Source of the DNA: a candidate division WOR-3 bacterium
Lineage (GTDB): Bacteria; Hydrothermota; Hydrothermia; B15-G9; WFZT01
DNA length: 17,072 nucleotides
Direction: 5' to 3'
Assembly: GCA_027053075.1 (NCBI GenBank)
Contig: JALUEE010000028.1
Span: forward strand, 1-17,072
Shown piece after piece: positions 16,314-17,072 of this stretch (position 1 is the stretch's first letter; every line of letters begins with the position of its first letter). A program made the translations under genes and the position numbers. The notes under the pieces are model-generated. The model ran no database searches. It was not told the origin of the DNA and was given only the letters and a program-made list of their open reading frames with translations.

Positions 16314-17072
16314 AAAACCACCATTCTGGCTGAGTGGCACTGGAAAATTCCCTGAAATGGTGCTATCCACCAGGGTGCGTATTGCCAGAAATCTCCGGAA
16401 ATTTCCATTCAACGTAAAATCCTCCCCTGCAGAAAGAGAAGAGGTTCGCTCCATAGTAAAAGACGTCCTGGATAATCTCGGCTTTGTGGAGTCCCCTGTT
16501 TTTTTAAAGATGGAAGAGCTTTCGGAGCTTGATAGGAAATTCCTTATCGAAAGACACCTTGCAACATTTGACCTCACAAATGACCCTGAAGGCAGAGGTG
16601 TTTACTTTTCCGCCGACGAGACCGTGAATATCATGATAAATGAGGAGGATCACATAAGAATCTCTGTTATCCTCCCTGGTTACAGCCCGGATGAAGCCTT
16701 CAAAAGGGCATTGATGATAGAGGAAAAGTTGGGTCAGGTGCTGGACTTTGCCTTTATGGAACCTTTTGGATTTCTAACCTCATGCCCCACCAATACCGGG
16801 CTCGGAATAAGACTCTCTGTTCTAATGCACATTCCCGGGGTTATTATCAACAAACAGCTAAAAAGCCTTGCTGAAAATCTCAGTATGGTGAGAGCAACCA
16901 TAAGAGGCTTATACGGAGAGGGTAGCGACATAATTGGCAATATTTTCCAGATTTCTTCTACTCTGACTCTCGGTGTGAGTGAAGAAGAGGTCCTGGAGAG
17001 ATTCAAAGAGGTTATCAACTCAGTTATAGAGCTCGAGAAAGAGGCGAGGGAAGAAATTTTTAAGAAATTGAA
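16273..17072 (+). CDS. mcsB: Protein-arginine kinase McsB (3'-truncated by window end; absent from the ORF track)
   Basis: ATG at 16273 follows AAGGAG. Manual translation gives MKKSSNRSLENLIEKPPFWLSG...VLSTRVRIARNLRKFPF...FLIERHL...IMINEEDHIRI...GFLTSCPTNTGLGIR.SV.MH.PG...IRGLYGEGS...GNIFQIS, which are ATP:guanido phosphotransferase motifs. It lies directly downstream of mcsA. Confidence 0.93.
   Translation, partial: MKKSSNRSLENLIEKPPFWLSGTGKFPEMVLSTRVRIARNLRKFPFNVKSSPAEREEVRSIVKDVLDNLGFVESPVFLKMEELSELDRKFLIERHLATFDLTNDPEGRGVYFSADETVNIMINEEDHIRISVILPGYSPDEAFKRALMIEEKLGQVLDFAFMEPFGFLTSCPTNTGLGIRLSVLMHIPGVIINKQLKSLAENLSMVRATIRGLYGEGSDIIGNIFQISSTLTLGVSEEEVLERFKEVINSVIELEKEAREEIFKKL

Noticed and set aside
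993..17018. Numerous short antisense or alternate-frame ORFs inside the main genes (e.g. 993-1337, 7942-8325, 15367-15777, 16269-16577, 16734-17018)
   Set aside because: They are shadow ORFs of well-supported genes, with no motifs or expression signals.

Overview
Bacterial chromosomal region made up mostly of housekeeping genes, with strong sigma70-type promoters and GGAGG ribosome-binding sites. The minus strand carries a degenerate metallo-beta-lactamase-fold gene, then an overlapping run of accD, a MalK/MsmX-type ABC ATPase, a YihY/BrkB membrane protein, pyrF and a double zinc-ribbon protein, and finally a separate small SPW-like membrane protein. The plus strand carries a complex I cluster with only membrane-arm subunits (nuoH-J-K-L-M-N; no nuoA-G or nuoI) under its own promoter, a DegT-family aminotransferase, and dxs-mcsA-mcsB (mcsB runs off the window; no ctsR). 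A family of BoxC/REP-like elements (GC-rich hairpin plus purine-rich tail) occurs about five times. One degenerate copy lies in frame inside the MBL-fold gene. No tRNA, rRNA, CRISPR array or transposase was recognised. All calls come from motif recognition by eye; no searches were run.
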